From: Centroscyllium fabricii
Taxonomy: Eukaryota
Assembly (NCBI GenBank): GCA_051313645.2
Contig: JBNRSN020000003.1
Span: forward strand, 394,630,001 to 394,694,000
Reading direction: 5' to 3'
DNA: 64,000 nucleotides
Position numbers and translations under genes: made by a program. Of this stretch, positions 61,301 through 64,000 are shown piece by piece (the stretch's first letter is position 1; every line of letters starts with the position of its first letter). A model generated the notes under the pieces. It searched no databases and was not told the DNA's origin. It saw only the letters and a program-made list of their open reading frames with translations.

Positions 61301-63076
61301 CTCCGCAGGGGCGCCAGCCGCCATCGGGTTTGGGGGCAATGTGGAGGGGGGAGGCCCAGGGGCTGCTGGAGCGGCGGATGATGCCGAGCTGTTCCATGAT
61401 GTGGAACTCGGCTCGAGCGATCTCTAGCTTGGCCGGGTCCAGCCTGCGTGCGTGGGCGTGGACCGGGGGGCCTGTGGTGGTGATGTGGTGCTCTACGCCG
61501 TGCTTGGCGGAGCGGGCTGTGAAGGTGGGGTTGGTTAGGGTGGGGAACTCGGCGAGCAGCGTGGCGTACGTGTCGGAGTTGCGGGCCCGGCAGTGAGCTG
61601 CCGCGTGGGTCTGGTGTGCTGGGGCTGTGGAGCACGGAATGGTCGACATGATTTGGATGTCGACCAGGCGGCGCCGGGTAACATCGACAAGGAGCCCGTG
61701 GGCGCACAGAAAATCGGCTCCGAGTAGGGGCATGTTAACCTGCGCGGTGATGAAGTCCCACGTATACCTGTGGCCTGCTAGTTTAATGGTAAGCTGGCGG
61801 GTACCGAACGTGAGTATCTCGGAGCCGTTTGCGGCTTCGAGTGGTGGGCCTTGGGTGCCCTGCTTGGATTCTGCGGGGGAGGCTGGCACGATGCTGTGCT
61901 GCGCGCCTGTGTCGCAGAGGAAACGGAGGCCTGAGACACTGTCTTTAACGAAGAGCAGCGCTCCGGAGCGGCCGACGCACATGGTGGGGCTGGGGCAGGT
62001 TTGGGGTTTGAAGTTGCAGGGCGGAACGCAGCGCTGCGCTTTGGCCTCAAACCTGGTATGGTAGTAGCACCAGCCGGTTGCCGCGGTGCGTGGCTTTTTG
62101 TGGGTCCGCGTGGCTCTGAGTTGGGGCCGGGGTTGTGGGTGGTGCTGCTCTTGTTGAGCGGCAGCGTGGCGGTGCATGGTGGCGCGGGTGCGCTCGGCCT
62201 TAATGAGCTTGTCTGCCTCCTGAGCTAGCTGCCTGTTTGAGAGGTGCTCCAAGACCGTCAGTGTCGGTCTGATGGAGGGCGGCAGCTTAAGGAGGTAGAG
62301 GGCGCGCTTAAGGGTGTCCGAGTCGCGATTGAGCGCCTCAAACTGGGCCCACAAGTCGGTGGGGTCTGCATCTCCCAGGTCGGGGAGGTTAATGACCTGG
62401 CAATCGCGCTCGAAAATGGTTGGGGTAAATTTTGCGAGCAGCGCGGCCTTTAGCGATTCGTACCTGCCAGCAGAAGTGTCTTCCTCGATGGTGTCCCACA
62501 TTCTGTCGATGGTGGACTGTGCGAGGGCTGCGAAGAGCAGGCTGTAGCGGTCGTCTCCCTGCACGCCATGGCTGCGGAAGGTGTTCTCGGTGTTGCGAAA
62601 CCAAGCCGCTGGACGGAGCTCCCAGAATTGTGGTATGGTTGGGACCGGGAGGTAAACTTGGCCCCGTCTGCTTTGGCGTGCTGAGTCGTTTGCTGCTGGC
62701 ATGGTGGTAGCGATTCGGCTGCGGCAGCTTGGCCCTCAGTCCTGCAGTGGCTGCTTCATTGTTCACCTGAGAATCGTCTCAAGTATCGGGGTCACCAGTG
62801 TTGAGGCCTGCAAGGCTGAAGGACCACGCTGGACACAGAGAGGTTAGAAGGAGAGTTTTTATTATACTACTTGTTACAACTAGGGCCAGGTGGAGGGAAG
62901 AGACTGAGCCACCTGGCGCTCAGGTATTTAAAGGTCCCGCGGTTGGGGACGTCACTGCCGGCTGGCCACCTGGTGACGTCATCACGTCGGGGAAGTCTGT
63001 GCGTCCTCCGACGGGCGGGGCCGCTTTGCAGCCTTCCCAGCGCGGGTTCGTGGCTGCCGGTGGGCGTGTCGCCACA
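58326..63076 (-). mobile_element. Full-length CsRn1-type Ty3/Gypsy retrotransposon (LTRs 62799-63076, 58326-58603)
   Basis: 278-bp LTRs with one difference seen; 4-bp TSD CTGG; PBS TGGTGACCCCGA (tRNA-Trp); PPT TGGGGGGGAG. Confidence 0.96.
58812..62702 (-). pseudogene. Single-frame gag-pol with one in-frame TAG (59382-59384) in the integrase
   Basis: CHCC Gag motif (CYYH..C...C), LCDTGA, YLDD, TTDASD, HGLSHPG..C..C, SDRGPQF, ANGLCER, then GPF module after the stop. Confidence 0.93.
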
Positions 63077-63599
63077 CTGGCTTCTACCCAGGCTGTAAGA
63101 TGGAACATCATTCAATGACTGAGTACTCCACGTTGGGAGGGTGAAGAGATGAGACAGAAAATTGGCAGGAAATTATAGCAGAGCTTACAAGTGCATCTCC
63201 TGCACGGCATTGGTGAAATCTTGATAGGAGTGAAGTTTATTCAACAGCCCTTCATCTCCTTCTGGCTAAAGGTAGTTATTGAAAGTTTAAGCCATTGAAA
63301 ACTGAAGGACGTTTTCAAAACTTTACCTTCATTCACCTCTAAAATGCAATGAGAAAGATACAGAAATATTTCTGAACTCAACATTCTCGGGCAATCTAAG
63401 TCAGTTAAATCTTGCTTTTTTGTGGAAATGATAATTCAATAGTCTGAGCAACAAAATGGTTGACCTCTTTCATTTTCTAATTTACAAAAATTTCGCTGGG
63501 CAAAGAATGTGCATTTTTTTTTACATCTACCCGAGTGAATTCATGTTGAGGTCCAGGAACATCACAATCGTATGAAGACCACAGAATGCAATGCCCTTT

Positions 63600-64000
63600 T
63601 GTGGTAATCATGATTACCAGTGTATATAGTTGAGCACACTACAGACCAGCATGTATAGTGGCTGGGTGCATTGTATATAGTTTTGTATAACGACACTGTC
63701 GCATGGTCAGGTCAGCCACACCTCTTAACTCCTCCCCTCAGGTGAGCGCCTTATAGGTGAGGTCTGACCTGCCCCCATTCATTCTGTACTCAATGTTCGA
63801 CTGGAGAGTAGCTCCATTGTAAAGTGATTAAAAGCCTCTAGTTAAGGTAACTACTCGTCTTTGTCTTATTGATGATACGTCAATTTTAATCACATTAAAT
63901 TTTCGAAATGGAGAGCGGCGCTGTGAAACCCGAAAAGCTGGATATTAGTCCACAGGACCCAGACGCCGCCAATACGTTTGAACATTGGTTCAGCCTTGTC
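63600..64000 (+). mobile_element. 5' LTR (63600-63882) and gag start (ATG 63908) of a third, divergent member of the PBS-less Gypsy lineage
   Basis: TGTGGT...GTCA; MESGAVKPEKLDISPQDPDAANTFEHWF resembles MEAMLKPATFELDPQTPGTSNTFLHWF. Confidence 0.88.

Noticed and set aside
59477-62766. Many overlapping and antisense ORFs over the retrotransposon pol
   Set aside because: Shadow frames of GC-rich coding sequence

Overview
Eukaryotic, repeat-dominated DNA, almost certainly a cartilaginous fish: it carries HE1-like V-SINEs, Deu-domain SINEs, CR1 and L2 LINEs, and Penelope elements. No host protein-coding gene can be confidently named; a few minus-strand exon-like segments are candidates only. Main contents: (i) a decayed ~6.4-kb PIF/Harbinger transposon (transposase plus spliced Myb/SANT gene) inserted into a Penelope hammerhead motif; (ii) three members of one Ty3/Gypsy lineage (31352-35295 -, 36302-40725 +, 63600-end +) and two solo LTRs of it; (iii) a near-intact CsRn1-type Gypsy element with a tRNA-Trp PBS (58326-63076 -); (iv) several other solo LTRs, including one of 1.7 kb; (v) many Harbinger-type and pogo/Tigger-type MITEs. 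Best candidate for an unusual system: the Gypsy lineage has no tRNA PBS. The 10-14 nt after the 5' LTR are complementary to the LTR's own poly(A)-signal segment, with compensatory changes across three elements. One rearranged copy carries an internal insert equal to the loop of that hairpin, i.e. the predicted strong-stop DNA. This suggests tRNA-independent self-priming linked to the poly(A) signal (inference, untested). All coordinates were read by eye; degenerate element ends are approximate.
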